A stretch of 64,000 nt of DNA from Candidatus Cloacimonadales bacterium (lineage in GTDB: Bacteria > Cloacimonadota > Cloacimonadia > Cloacimonadales > DAONDQ01). The DNA lies in assembly GCA_963662275.1 (NCBI GenBank), contig OY759316.1, positions 1,728,001 to 1,792,000 of the forward strand, written 5' to 3'. Shown here in pieces: positions 22,402 through 33,362 of the stretch; within the stretch, counting starts at the first letter, position 1, and each line of letters starts with the position of its first letter. The notes under the pieces were generated by a model. The model was given only the letters and a program-made list of their open reading frames with translations. It was not told the DNA's origin and ran no database searches. The translations under genes and the position numbers were made by a program.

Positions 22402-24513
22402 GTTTGCCCAGAATGTTTTCTGCGCCGATGGACTGGAAGAAGTCCTGACACCTAATCAGCGGGAAGTCAACTCGAGGTCAAGGGCGTTGCCGGCAACGGC
22501 AGGGTCTGAAGTAAGACGCAGAGGGAATATGGAACATAGCGCAAGTGAACTGATGTTGGTTTGTAGAGTGGGTAACCTTTCTAAAAGTGGGAAAGCCCGA
22601 AAGCTGGATAACTCTACAGATTATGACAGATGGCTTCATATTCAGGCAGGAAAACTTAACTGGGGAAGCCTGTTATTGTCTACTTAAGGTAGTAGCTTCG
22701 ATCAAGTTGAAAGATAAGTGAGAAGCCAAGCGATAGCAGGTGGCAGATGATTCCGTAGTAGTGATTAACCTTTTGCCTATGAAAGCTGGTGACAGTCTGG
22801 AGGATAAAACAAAAGGGACAGCATTCACGGTAATGCTGAGGGCTGTATCTCAAAAGGATACAGTTCATGCGAAGGGATGAAGATAATCCAAAGGGATGAT
22901 TTGAAATGTGGAAAGTAATCGATGAAAAGTGAGAAACGAAGGAAGAAGCTGAAATGCTTCGAGGCTCGGTTTGACAGTGGTGACGAACTTCCTTTCAACC
23001 CCGACCGCACGAGACTGATTAGTCAGGCAAAGCTCAAAAGCAGCAGTTCTGTCATATTGCTATATGCTAAAGAAGGCAGGACACCCTGATGAAGAGACAT
23101 TCATCCTCGATGAACACCGCAAAACGAATCACAATGAGACAGGAAATGTCATGAGAAAATACTACAGTTTAATCGACAAAGTGTACTCACTGTCCAACCT
23201 GTATGCTTCCTTCACTTCGGTGAAACAGAATAAAGGTGCATCAGGCATTGATGGGCAGAGTCTAGAAAACTTTGATGAACAACTGGTAGTGAACATCAAC
23301 CAACTTCACGATGAACTAATGGCAGGCACTTATGAGCCTTCACCGGTAAGACGTGTAGAGATACCCAAACCCAATGGCAAAATGAGACCGCTAGGCATTC
23401 CAACGGTAAGAGACAGAGTAGTGCAGCAGGCAATCCTGAATATCATACAACCGATATTTGAGCCTGACTTCCATCCGTCCAGTTATGGCTACAGACCGCA
23501 TCGGTCTTGCCAACATGCCGTAGCGAAAGCTCAGCGTTTTCTTACAGCGTACAATTTGGGTTATGCTGTGGATATGGACTTATCCAAGTGTTTTGACACC
23601 TTAGACCACGAACTGATATTGAGCCGTCTGAACAGGAAAATCAGTGATGGTACATTGCTGAGATTAATCAGCCGTTTTCTCAAATCAGGAGTAATGGTCG
23701 ATGGGGATTTCAAAGCTACTGAGATAGGCAGTCCGCAAGGTGGAGTAATCTCACCCTTATTGATGAATATCTATCTGGATGAGTTTGACCAGAGGATGAA
23801 ACAGCGGAATATCAGGATAGTACGTTATGCTGATGACATCCTGATATTTGCTCCGACCAGGAAAAAGGCAGAGCAATATCAAAAGATAGCGACAGCGATA
23901 CTTGAAGAACTTCGCTTGCAAGTCAATCTGGAAAAGACTCATATCAGCAGTGTCGAAACAGGAATCAGCTATCTGGGATTTTTCATCAAAGGAAGCCGTG
24001 TCTGCATCGACAAGGAGCGTTTGAAACGTTTCAAGGATAAGATACGTAAGCTTACTCCCCGCAACAGTGGCATCCCAATATCCATGACGATAGGAAGCCT
24101 GAATCCTGTACTAAGGGGATGGGGTAACTATTTCAAAGTTGCGAGTTGTAAAAGCATCTTTGCGAGCCTGATGGAATGGATACGAAGGAGGCTTCGAATG
24201 AAGAAGATGCGTGAATGGAAGAGCTGGAAAGCATTCCATAAAGCAATGCGCAGACAAGGCTTCAAGGGAGAATGCCCAAAACTATCTATGACCAGATGGC
24301 GTAACGCTCAGAGCTTCCACTTATGCTTTGCCTTGCCGAACAAGTGGTTTGAAGAAATGAAGTTGTTTGATTTGACATCACTTCAGACAAGTGTTTTATT
24401 TAATTACTACGAGTAATTACAAGGATTATCAGGAGCCGTGTACGAGACCCGTACGCACGGTTCTGTGAGAGGGATGATGCTGGAATTAATTAGCCAGCAT
24501 CACCCTACTCGAT
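22402..24513 (+). mobile_element. Group II intron, IIC-like, copy 1 (2112 nt)
   Basis: Ends defined by identity with copy 2 (GTTTGCCCAG...CCCTACTCGAT); D5 GAGCCGTGTACGAGACCCGTACGCACGGTTC at 24433-24463; D6 with bulged A; sits directly after a terminator. Confidence 0.92.
23151..24416 (+). CDS. ltrA: Group II intron reverse transcriptase/maturase without an endonuclease domain
   Basis: RPLGIPTVRDR, GSPQGGVISPLL, RYADD, LRGWGNYF; start re-called at ATG 23151 after AGGA. Confidence 0.93.
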   Translation: MRKYYSLIDKVYSLSNLYASFTSVKQNKGASGIDGQSLENFDEQLVVNINQLHDELMAGTYEPSPVRRVEIPKPNGKMRPLGIPTVRDRVVQQAILNIIQPIFEPDFHPSSYGYRPHRSCQHAVAKAQRFLTAYNLGYAVDMDLSKCFDTLDHELILSRLNRKISDGTLLRLISRFLKSGVMVDGDFKATEIGSPQGGVISPLLMNIYLDEFDQRMKQRNIRIVRYADDILIFAPTRKKAEQYQKIATAILEELRLQVNLEKTHISSVETGISYLGFFIKGSRVCIDKERLKRFKDKIRKLTPRNSGIPISMTIGSLNPVLRGWGNYFKVASCKSIFASLMEWIRRRLRMKKMREWKSWKAFHKAMRRQGFKGECPKLSMTRWRNAQSFHLCFALPNKWFEEMKLFDLTSLQTSVLFNYYE

Positions 24514-24543
24514 TTTGGTCATTCAATTTGTTATGGAGGAAAA

Positions 24544-25218
24544 ATGAAATACTTATTGATTATCATTTGTATCTCTTTGTTATTTCTTGTCGGATGCGAT
24601 GAAAGAGAAGGTGAAAAACCTCTTCTGGTGGTAATACCCAATACCCAAGCTCTATATAATATTGCTAACCATGACACGATTTCCATCGTTTGCCAGATGA
24701 CAGGTTCAAACAGTTTGATTGCGAATCAGAAAATTAATGTCATCTATAATTCTGATTTGGGATTATTTGTTGGCTCAGGGGCAGATAATTCGCTAATGAC
24801 CAATAACCAGGGTTATGCACAGGGTTTCTTCAAAGTGGAAGATGGATACTATGGTAATATTGTGATCAAATTCAGTCCTGATCATTTTCCAGCCCAAGCA
24901 AAATCTATCGGTCTTCAAGTGCAGGATATGCCTGTAATTCATTCAATTACAGCAAGTGACAGCACGTTGACAGAGATCAATACAAATTCAACCCTAACCG
25001 TTTCTATTACTAGTCATTCCCTGAATATCAAGGATAAGTGGATTCACTTTACCTCTTCAGTGGGAACATCTATGGAAAATACAATGGTAAAAACAGATTC
25101 TCTTGGAACAGTACATAATGTCTTTCGTCGTAGTAATTTTAGTGGAGATGCTTCAATCTCAGCATATTTGGATATTTATCCGGAAAATATCCATCATTTT
25201 ACGGTACATTGTGAATGA
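24544..25218 (+). CDS. Hypothetical lipoprotein with Ig-like (Big_1-type) domains
   Basis: Lipobox LVGC; TNNQGYA and TDSLGTV repeats. Confidence 0.6.
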   Translation: MKYLLIIICISLLFLVGCDEREGEKPLLVVIPNTQALYNIANHDTISIVCQMTGSNSLIANQKINVIYNSDLGLFVGSGADNSLMTNNQGYAQGFFKVEDGYYGNIVIKFSPDHFPAQAKSIGLQVQDMPVIHSITASDSTLTEINTNSTLTVSITSHSLNIKDKWIHFTSSVGTSMENTMVKTDSLGTVHNVFRRSNFSGDASISAYLDIYPENIHHFTVHCE

Positions 25219-25679
25219 GTAAAGTAAAAACAGTACTAAAAATCAATACAGATCATTCTATTAAGGAAGTGTTCAGATTTGAAGTAAAAACTAAGCTTCA
25301 AAGACCATTGATAGGTTCACGTATCCCTGCTGGCTTTCCTTCTCCGGCACAGGATTATGTTGAAGCATGCCTTGATTTGAATGAATATCTAATCAGCCAT
25401 CCGAATTCAACTTTCTTTGTCAGGGTGGATGGTATGTCTATGATTAATGCTGGTATTCATCCTGATGATATCCTTATTGTCGATCGTTCGCTTGAACCTT
25501 CACACAACCGGATTGTTATTGCTGTTGTCGAAGGTGAATTAACGGTAAAACGTCTTGTGATAAGCCATGGTATCTATTTTCTCTGTCCTGAGAATCCTGA
25601 TTTTCCAACGATTGAAATTACGGAAAACAGTGATTTCACGATTTGGGGTGTTGTCACTTACGTAATTCATAAAGTGTAA
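25215..25679 (+). CDS. umuD: Error-prone polymerase V autoproteolytic subunit
   Basis: AGFPSPA cleavage site, GMSM (Ser), TVKRL (Lys). Confidence 0.92.
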   Translation: MSKVKTVLKINTDHSIKEVFRFEVKTKLQRPLIGSRIPAGFPSPAQDYVEACLDLNEYLISHPNSTFFVRVDGMSMINAGIHPDDILIVDRSLEPSHNRIVIAVVEGELTVKRLVISHGIYFLCPENPDFPTIEITENSDFTIWGVVTYVIHKV

Positions 25680-25684
25680 ATCCG

Positions 25685-26986
25685 ATGCAAATCACACAGT
25701 CCAAGCTTCGAAAAAGACGTCCAGAAATCTTCATGCTGGTTGATTGCAATACATTCTATGCATCCTGTGAACGTGTTTTCAATCCTGCCCTTGAAGGTAA
25801 GCCAATAGTTGTTTTATCCAATAACGATGGCTGTATCGTGGCACGTACTGCTGAAGTGAAAGCACTCGGTATTCCAAATTTTGCTGCTGCTTTTCAATAT
25901 GAAGACGTTTTCAGAAAGAATGATGTTCACGTATTTTCATCAAATTATACCCTTTATGCTGACCTTTCTCAACGAGTCATGAACACACTTGCTGAATTTG
26001 CTCCTGAAATTGAGATATACTCAATTGATGAAGCCTTTCTTCTTTATACCGGTATGGAAGATAGGGATTTAACGGCATTAGGGGCTGAGATTAAGCAGAA
26101 AGTAAAGCAATACACAGGAATACCGGTTTCAGTTGGTATTGGTCCTACAAAAACATTAGCCAAGATTGCAAATCATATTGCCAAGAGAGTAAAAAAATTC
26201 AATGGGATCTTTAACATCTGCAATCATCCGGAAATTGATAAAGTCCTTGAATATGTGAAAATAGGTGATGTCTGGGGAGTCGGCAGACAATACGAAAGAT
26301 TTCTCCAACAGGCACATATCATGAATTCACGTCAATTACGGGATGCCCCCGATGCCTGGATCGATAAGTACATGACCAGTGTTGGTCATAAAACTGTCCT
26401 TGAGTTAAGAGGCATATCCTGTATTGACTTGGATTCGATGATCCCAGCCAAAAAAGGGATTGTTTGTTCCCGTTCTTTTGGGAAAGATGTGAGTGACTTG
26501 CAAGAATTAGAGCAGGCTGTTTCCAGCTATATGACAAGAGCTGCCGAGAAATTGCGACAACAGCGTACGGTTGCTGCTCATCTAACCGTTTTTATTACAA
26601 CGAATCGTTTCAAGGACTTACCTCAATACAGCAATTCTGCTTCAATGAAATTGATGGCGCCCACTGCTTATACACCATTCATGATTAAACAAGCTCTCAT
26701 TCTTCTGCACTCCATCTTCAGGGAAGGCTTTTCCTATAAAAAAGCAGGGGTTATGGTTACAGATATCTCTTCTTATGAAGATTCACCCCTTACTTTCTTT
26801 GAAGCTGCTTATGTAGATCATGAACAAAAAAGATTAATGGATGCTGTAGATCGGATAAATAACCGCTATGGGAGAGATACATTATTTATAGCTAGTTCTG
26901 GAATCATTAAGAAATGGCATATGAAAAGAATGAAGCTTTCGCCTTCATATACCACCAAATGGGAAGATATACCTAAAGTTAGATGA
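25685..26986 (+). CDS. umuC: Y-family DNA polymerase V catalytic subunit
   Basis: [26 protein letters not shown]-terminal LSPSYTTKW. Confidence 0.93.
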   Translation: MQITQSKLRKRRPEIFMLVDCNTFYASCERVFNPALEGKPIVVLSNNDGCIVARTAEVKALGIPNFAAAFQYEDVFRKNDVHVFSSNYTLYADLSQRVMNTLAEFAPEIEIYSIDEAFLLYTGMEDRDLTALGAEIKQKVKQYTGIPVSVGIGPTKTLAKIANHIAKRVKKFNGIFNICNHPEIDKVLEYVKIGDVWGVGRQYERFLQQAHIMNSRQLRDAPDAWIDKYMTSVGHKTVLELRGISCIDLDSMIPAKKGIVCSRSFGKDVSDLQELEQAVSSYMTRAAEKLRQQRTVAAHLTVFITTNRFKDLPQYSNSASMKLMAPTAYTPFMIKQALILLHSIFREGFSYKKAGVMVTDISSYEDSPLTFFEAAYVDHEQKRLMDAVDRINNRYGRDTLFIASSGIIKKWHMKRMKLSPSYTTKWEDIPKVR

Positions 26987-27048
26987 TAGGTTCTAGGTTC
27001 TAGGTTCTAGGTATTAGGTTATAGGTGATTAGTGTGTAGGTTGAGGTA
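26986..27048 (+). repeat. Heptamer tandem repeat (AGGTTCT)n, degenerating
   Basis: taggttc-taggttc-taggttc-taggtat-taggtta-taggtga. Confidence 0.7.
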
Positions 27049-27145
27049 TCATTCTTTCGAATCCGAGGATCAATCTGCTCTGGCTATTCTGCAATTCTTA
27101 ATTCTGCTCTCTAAACCTATTACTTCGTACCTATCACTTTCAGCA

Positions 27146-27185
27146 TAAAAACACAGCGGAGATACCGGGGATGGTATCTCCGCTG
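27146..27185 (-). terminator. Intrinsic terminator
   Basis: CAGCGGAGATACC-atcccc-GGTATCTCCGCTG followed by TGTTTTT on the minus strand. Confidence 0.8.
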
Positions 27186-27222
27186 CTCGGAGGGCATTCT
27201 ATGTAGGGTCTGTAGGCGAATG
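27146..27222 (-). ncRNA. Candidate small RNA (~75 nt)
   Basis: Minus-strand A-tract and TTGACA (27253-27248), then no ORF, then a perfect 13-bp hairpin (27154-27185) and a T-tract. Confidence 0.45.
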
Positions 27223-27288
27223 ACTAATACCAAAATATGAATCAGCATGTCAAGTTTTTTTTATAATTAATTTAATTATTTTTTTACT

Positions 27289-29149
27289 GAGACTGTTCAA
27301 AATTAACCTCCATTTTACGCAGCCTTATTGGTAGTGACAGAGAAAAAGTGGTCTAAGTGCGACCAATCCACATTTTCTTGACATATGCGGGAGATATTTA
27401 AACTTGCTAAAAGTGATTCCTGACGCATGATTGGTTGACCTTTATCGACCAGTTCTTTGAACCAAAGCGAAAACACAAGGTTGCGGGTGGTTTCTTCAGA
27501 TTTTAGTCCAAATCTACCGGATGTCACCTTCTTGATTTTGCGGTTCCAGCGTTCAGAGACATTGGAAGTCAAACCTTTGCTGAGGTGTCTCCAATCACTA
27601 ATGATATTGCTTTTGATGTATTCGGCGGCGGTTGGGGGAGTAATAGCTGTCAGGCTTGCGATACCCTTTTTCCTTCCGCCCGCCGTTTCTCTTCGGAAAG
27701 CTTTCATAATCCTCTTCTTAAAGAACTTGTCCCTGTCTTCAGGGAGATGACATTGACTGATTCTTTTGAAGAGATTTCGTATCTTATGGAACTTACAGAG
27801 TTGGTAATGGACTTTTGGAAACACTGTTTTTCTTGCAACTGCTAACGATTTACTGCCATCACTGACAATCAGGGTTGGATCTTTCCTGTAGAGCTGTCTG
27901 AAGGTTCTGAAACATGCTTCGAATGATTCTTTCTTTGTGTCAGGATACAACTCACAAAACAGAGGGATGTGAGTCACAAAATCAACAATACTGATGACAT
28001 AGTACGGAATACCTTTGATCTTCACATATTTCTCATCAATGCTGATCTTTCCGCTCCACTTACCGATTGAGTTCAGAATCAGGCTCTGCAGGTCAGCGAT
28101 TTCATGCCAGAGATTTGAGACTGTAGCTTTACAGGTGTTGAGCAGCAAAGCTATCGTCTCGAAGTTCATACCGCTTCCAACCAGGTAATGTACCAGCAGA
28201 CACAGGTTCTTGCGTTCCAGACTATGGAACGGCTTTGCATCGGCGGTTCTATGGGATGTATTGCCTTTAGCAGTCTTCATTTGTTCCAGGAGTCTGTCAC
28301 AGATAACAGGTGTATTCTGCTGACCGGCAAGCAGTTTCAGCAGATGTACAGCATCACCGCCTACTGTCTTTTTCAGAAGAAGCTTCTGAGCTTGCTTAAC
28401 TACAGACAGAGAATTGACCTGAGAAGCATATTTGCAGAAAGTGGTATAGGACATTTTAAAATCATGATGGCTGATGAACTCCTGATACATGACATTTAAA
28501 GGTAAAAGCAGGTTATTGATAACAAAATTCTCGATCTGAGGAATACACTCCAGCAGGTCAACTTTCCGGCTTAAATATGCCAGGATATCATGACCATGCT
28601 GCTCAAACTCTTGCCAGAAATTATGTACATTCCTGCGGTCTGCGTAGTTAAACAGATCAGCTATTTGCTGAAGTGTAAGGAGGTTGTCTCCGCCTATTCC
28701 TACTAATAAGCGTAGAAACGCTATTAAGAACTTGTGGTTTGATGTTGTCTCAGGCAAAGTGAATGAAAATGGTACGTTAATACTTACATGGTATTGGTTA
28801 CTTTCATGACTAACACTTACCGCTTCTTGAATTGGAGTGTTTTTTTGTCATAATATCCTCCCTTTTGTTACCAGGTAACAAATGCCATTGAAGCTATAGC
28901 AAAAAACTTGTAAAGAACTATTTTATATGATTTTAACTACACATTTAGTCAGAAACGGCTTCGAAACATTACTTATAATCGCGTGTTTTTCAATTTTAGT
29001 CAAAAAGCTTAACTTGTGATTTGGTGTCCTTAGCAGAGCTTATCTGTCAATTCTGGAAGGTATGTTAAATTATGACCGTTTCGACCACTTTTTTCAACTT
29101 GCTACTTTCTAACTTATTGAATATTATGAATAACTTCATGAACAGTCTC
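27289..29149 (-). mobile_element. Insertion sequence (DDE; IS6/IS256-like), 1861 bp
   Basis: Terminal inverted repeats GAGACTGTTCA / TGAACAGTCTC; 8-bp direct repeat TTTTTACT at 27281-27288 and 29150-29157. Confidence 0.9.
27315..28851 (-). CDS. DDE transposase; probable true ATG at 28851 lies one base out of frame (A7 run)
   Basis: SIDEKYVKIKG, IVSDG, QLCKFH, SNVSERWN; GGGAGG RBS before ATG 28851. Confidence 0.8.
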
Positions 29150-29491
29150 TTTTTACTAGTTTAAGTTAGTTAAAATTCCTGTCGCAAACCTGTAGTATAT
29201 TTCATTTTAGACTGGAAATTTCAAGAGCAATGCCTTATACTTCCTCTACCTATAAAGCATCCTTAGGAAGTGTTTGGATTTTGGATTGAATCTTCAATTG
29301 AAGTGCTTGAGTTTAAATATTTCCAAGAGACATACAAGCCATGTAGGGGATTGCAGAAGTAGCCCATCTTCTTCTGCTCAGTATCTATTTTTCTTCTTTT
29401 GATGTGTAAACGCGTGATTAAGAAGGAACATCAACGGAAGCAAAATCCAGTGTCTTATTCCGCACAGAAGGATCTCATCCTAAATTACTTG

Positions 29492-30784
29492 TTATTGTTG
29501 ATAGAACTCTGTAAATACTGAAGTCATACTGATATGATCTTCCACACCGGCTGTTTCCCTGATGGAGTGCATGGCAAACATAGGATTACCAACATCCACT
29601 GTAGGAATACTCAAAGCAGCAGAAACAGTAGGCCCAATAGTAGTGCCGGCAAGCATATCTGATCTATTAATAAATTTCTGACAGGGAACATTCACTATTT
29701 TGCACAACTGCTCGAAGTAGGCACTGGTTTCAGCAGTTGTTGCATATTTGAAATTTGAGTTCAGTTTAATAACAGGTCCGCCATTCATCAGTGGGGTATA
29801 AGCTTCGTCATGTTTCTCCAAATAATTCGGATGTAATGCATGTGCCATATCTGCAGATATGAAGAAGGATTTAGCTAATGCTATCGAAAAAGATTGATAA
29901 TCATTATCTTGAGAATTGACGATTCTCTCCAGTATATTACCTAAGAATCCTGAAGCTGCTCCCATTAGCGTCATACTGCCAATTTCTTCATTATCATAGA
30001 ACATGGCAACAGAGGTGACTTCCGGTAAGGAAACGTCTGTTATTGCAGTCACGATAGAATGACACATAGCTAAATCATCAAGTCTGCCGCTGATAAGGAA
30101 TTCCTGTTCCTTTCCCAGGTATTGAGCAGGTGATGTATCGTATAGGAATAGATCATATTCGCCAATTTGCTCAGGTCTTACTGATAATTTTTCAGCAAGC
30201 ATACCTACCAACACTTCCTTATCATTCTCTTTGTTAGTAATATGAATAAGTGCAGGTAAATGGTTTTGTTTATTGTATTCAAATCCTTTATTGATATCGC
30301 GGTTCATATGAATGGCAGTATTTGGTATAATTGCCAAAGGTGTCTGAAAATCGACAAGAACAGATTCGAATTGATCATCCTTCCAGATCATAACACGCCC
30401 CGCAATGGAAAGTTCACGATCAATCCACGAACTGATAATAGGATTGCCATAAACTTCTACACCAATACGGACATAGGATTTGATCTTCTTTTCGCTTTTA
30501 GGTTTCAGCTTGAGGGCTGGGCTATCCGTATGAGCACCAATAAGACGGAATCCGGACTCACTGATCTGTTTTGAACCTATAACGAAAGCTATAACAGAAG
30601 ATTGATTCCTGCAAACGTAATATTTTTTAAGTGGCTCCAGATGCCAAACATCCTTTTCAGAAAGCATGCTGAAGCCACAATTATCAAGTCGTTTTAGTAT
30701 CTGTTCAGTAGCTTGATATGAAGTAGGAGAATGATCAAGAAAATTAAAAAGATCATTCATGATGAGCTTGTTAGCTTGCATCAT
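29492..30784 (-). CDS. M18 family aspartyl aminopeptidase
   Basis: GAHTDSP, GRLDD, DNEEIGS, SADMAHALHPNY, MHSIRE. Confidence 0.93.
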   Translation of the reverse strand: MMQANKLIMNDLFNFLDHSPTSYQATEQILKRLDNCGFSMLSEKDVWHLEPLKKYYVCRNQSSVIAFVIGSKQISESGFRLIGAHTDSPALKLKPKSEKKIKSYVRIGVEVYGNPIISSWIDRELSIAGRVMIWKDDQFESVLVDFQTPLAIIPNTAIHMNRDINKGFEYNKQNHLPALIHITNKENDKEVLVGMLAEKLSVRPEQIGEYDLFLYDTSPAQYLGKEQEFLISGRLDDLAMCHSIVTAITDVSLPEVTSVAMFYDNEEIGSMTLMGAASGFLGNILERIVNSQDNDYQSFSIALAKSFFISADMAHALHPNYLEKHDEAYTPLMNGGPVIKLNSNFKYATTAETSAYFEQLCKIVNVPCQKFINRSDMLAGTTIGPTVSAALSIPTVDVGNPMFAMHSIRETAGVEDHISMTSVFTEFYQQ

Positions 30785-30789
30785 AACCC

Positions 30790-33111
30790 CTATTTCATAA
30801 GAACCATTTTCCTTGTTGAAGAAGAGAAATTATCGGACTTCAATCGATAGAAATAGATCCCTGAAGCAGCAGGATTTCCCAGGTTATTTTTTCCATCCCA
30901 TCTGATTTCATGTACATTATTACAATTATAAGTCCGTGTCAATTCACCTCTCACATTATAAATTTCAAGAGTCGGATTTGTTGCTGAGACAGGGAACTGA
31001 AATTGAATCAATGTTTCAGGATTAAAAGGATTTGGATAATTCTGAGCCAGGATTGGTTGTGTAATGGTAGAAACAATAGGGTCATTGTTGTCTACGGAAG
31101 TATTGGCAATGATAGTATTTGAGGCAAAACTGGTTCCATTAGTAAAAACAGCTTTTACATAGAACCAATAATTTCGATTAGCAGCCAAATGCATCGTAAA
31201 ATGACGGGCAGTAGATACTCTTCCCCCACTGAACGATGTTCCATTCAGGCTGATATAGATGGCAAAATGATCAAATCCTGGAGCTTCATCATAATTAAAA
31301 GCCCATCTTAAATAGACAGAATCTGCAACAATTTCACGTGTCAGAGTTTGTGGAATTGGAAGACGCTGAAGGCTGATTAATCCCGTTACCGATTCTTGAA
31401 AAGGAATGACATTAACATTAGGAAGTAATACACTGCCATATCCTTCAAGTGAAGCATGCAAATTGTAGTTTCCCTGGTAAATCATATCAAGCATAAAATG
31501 ACCTGTAGGTTCAGGATGTACAGTTTGTCCACCAATGATAATCGAAATGGGTGAAAAATCCTCAATAGGAGGAACAGTAGTGACATCACCAGAAAGAAAT
31601 CCTGCTTCCGGATTTAATACAAAACTGATTGAATCACCTGCTGAACTTACATTATGAATAAAAATATTCCCAGGATTTCCATTCGTAAGAAAGCAGCTTG
31701 GATCACTTGTACCGTTAAATTCAGAACGGTTAAAATCACCGTTAAACACAGCGGAATAAGCATCTCCATTTGCTGTAGATGTGCCACCAGGGCGATATAT
31801 ATAGACTTCATAGGGAGGACCATTGTCATTTCCTTGTCCGCTAACTTGATTGTCAATACGGTAAATTAGAAGACCTGACCCAGGAAGATTGTTCTCAAAA
31901 CTCCCTTCTTGTTTTTTACGATATTCAACGACAAAATAATCAGTTGTTGAAGAGGGACTATTTATTCTATATACATTATGAGTAGGTGACGAAAGAGGTT
32001 TCAGCCAATAAGTACCGCTTGCTGTTATTGTAGGTATTTCAGATATCCAATGCCCGTAACGGAATTTCATATATGCACCCATATGTCCGTAACCAGAATC
32101 CATGATATCCCATGAACCGCAAGGATGCATATCGGTATTGACATAGTCATATAAATCAGGTGAACCCATAGCGTGGAACATTTCGTGACATAAAGTGTTA
32201 ACATCATTCTGCGATTCGGGTTGGAGGGTATAATCATAGACCCTTTTATTATTAATATAGGCATATTCAGTGGTTAGCCAGTAACGGTGAGCCCAGAGAA
32301 TATCTGCCCAACCGCTGTTTCCACCACGAATGATGAAGCAGACATTATCTACTTTACCATTGTTATCAGCATCAATATCCAAGGTTTCCGGTATTTGAGA
32401 AGAAACAAAATCAACAGCATGTTTCAGTAAAGCTGCCTCTCGGGTATAATATTCATTTCCTTGGTATCCAATCGGATTTGAGGTAGCATTATATGGAACA
32501 TAGTAATTCCTGGGATTCGGATCCTGATAGGACAGATTTGTTGTCATTTCGCAAACTGGATAATGAGTTGTACTAACATTTAAAGTATTATAAGATACTT
32601 CCTGGAAGTAGTTATACTCCGATATGGCTCCTATCGTGTGATCATTGAATTTTGCATCGAAAAATGTCCGGTTGTTTGAAAATTCATCCTGATCAGAAAA
32701 TCGAACGTAAATAGCAATGTTATTTATTGTACCGGTTGTAGGTGCCTTTGAACCTCTGCTTGCCTGGTTATTGAACGCCTGACGTTTGGCTTGATAGGCT
32801 TCGTTTGATAATTTCAACCAGGGTAAAATACCCGCTTGAGAGGGATTAATAGAATTTACTTTGTACACAGAAGGTACTAATGTACCATTTATTTTTGTGG
32901 CATAATAGTAGTAGCCATCTGATGGGCTTTGCATGATCGTATAACCGTTGCTGTCGTGAAGCCAGTTGAAGAATTCATCACCGCTTGCAAAACATGATAT
33001 TACCTGTCCATTCGGTTGGGAGATAGACATGGGTAATGCCTGATAATATGCTGCATTCAAATTTAGGGTTAAAATAAGTAATGCGAAAAAAAACAAAGTG
33101 AATTTACACAT
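30790..33111 (-). CDS. Secreted M6-family metalloprotease with C-terminal FlgD-Ig/T9SS-like domain
   Basis: Signal peptide, GDEFFNW propeptide, LWAH, HEMFHAMGSPDLYD, WDIM; NYPNPFNP..SGIYFYRL..RKMVLMK. Confidence 0.88.
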   Translation of the reverse strand: MCKFTLFFFALLILTLNLNAAYYQALPMSISQPNGQVISCFASGDEFFNWLHDSNGYTIMQSPSDGYYYYATKINGTLVPSVYKVNSINPSQAGILPWLKLSNEAYQAKRQAFNNQASRGSKAPTTGTINNIAIYVRFSDQDEFSNNRTFFDAKFNDHTIGAISEYNYFQEVSYNTLNVSTTHYPVCEMTTNLSYQDPNPRNYYVPYNATSNPIGYQGNEYYTREAALLKHAVDFVSSQIPETLDIDADNNGKVDNVCFIIRGGNSGWADILWAHRYWLTTEYAYINNKRVYDYTLQPESQNDVNTLCHEMFHAMGSPDLYDYVNTDMHPCGSWDIMDSGYGHMGAYMKFRYGHWISEIPTITASGTYWLKPLSSPTHNVYRINSPSSTTDYFVVEYRKKQEGSFENNLPGSGLLIYRIDNQVSGQGNDNGPPYEVYIYRPGGTSTANGDAYSAVFNGDFNRSEFNGTSDPSCFLTNGNPGNIFIHNVSSAGDSISFVLNPEAGFLSGDVTTVPPIEDFSPISIIIGGQTVHPEPTGHFMLDMIYQGNYNLHASLEGYGSVLLPNVNVIPFQESVTGLISLQRLPIPQTLTREIVADSVYLRWAFNYDEAPGFDHFAIYISLNGTSFSGGRVSTARHFTMHLAANRNYWFYVKAVFTNGTSFASNTIIANTSVDNNDPIVSTITQPILAQNYPNPFNPETLIQFQFPVSATNPTLEIYNVRGELTRTYNCNNVHEIRWDGKNNLGNPAASGIYFYRLKSDNFSSSTRKMVLMK

Positions 33112-33362
33112 CTTGAAACCTCCTATGTAATAAACCTTAATTATGCAAAAAGGATTCCAGTCAAGGTTAAAGACAGGTATTAAATAAGAAAATATTCAGT
33201 TAGGGCATATATTTTTTTATAATCAGTTGTGCCTAATCGAGTGATATGCCTGTAAACAACCACAATCTGGAAGGGAGCACCCAAACGTCTGAGCAACGAA
33301 AATTTGTTACTTGACGAATACAAGCTCTTTCATACTCAATCCTGCAGGAGATATTAATATTC

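Noticed and set aside
23085..23150. Hammerhead ribozyme (CTGATGA core)
   Set aside because: No properly placed stem II, GAAA and stem III could be built
23151..24416. DGR, retron or defence reverse transcriptase
   Set aside because: The RT has a maturase domain and is embedded in D5/D6 intron RNA, duplicated with exact ends; no template/variable repeat pair or avd gene
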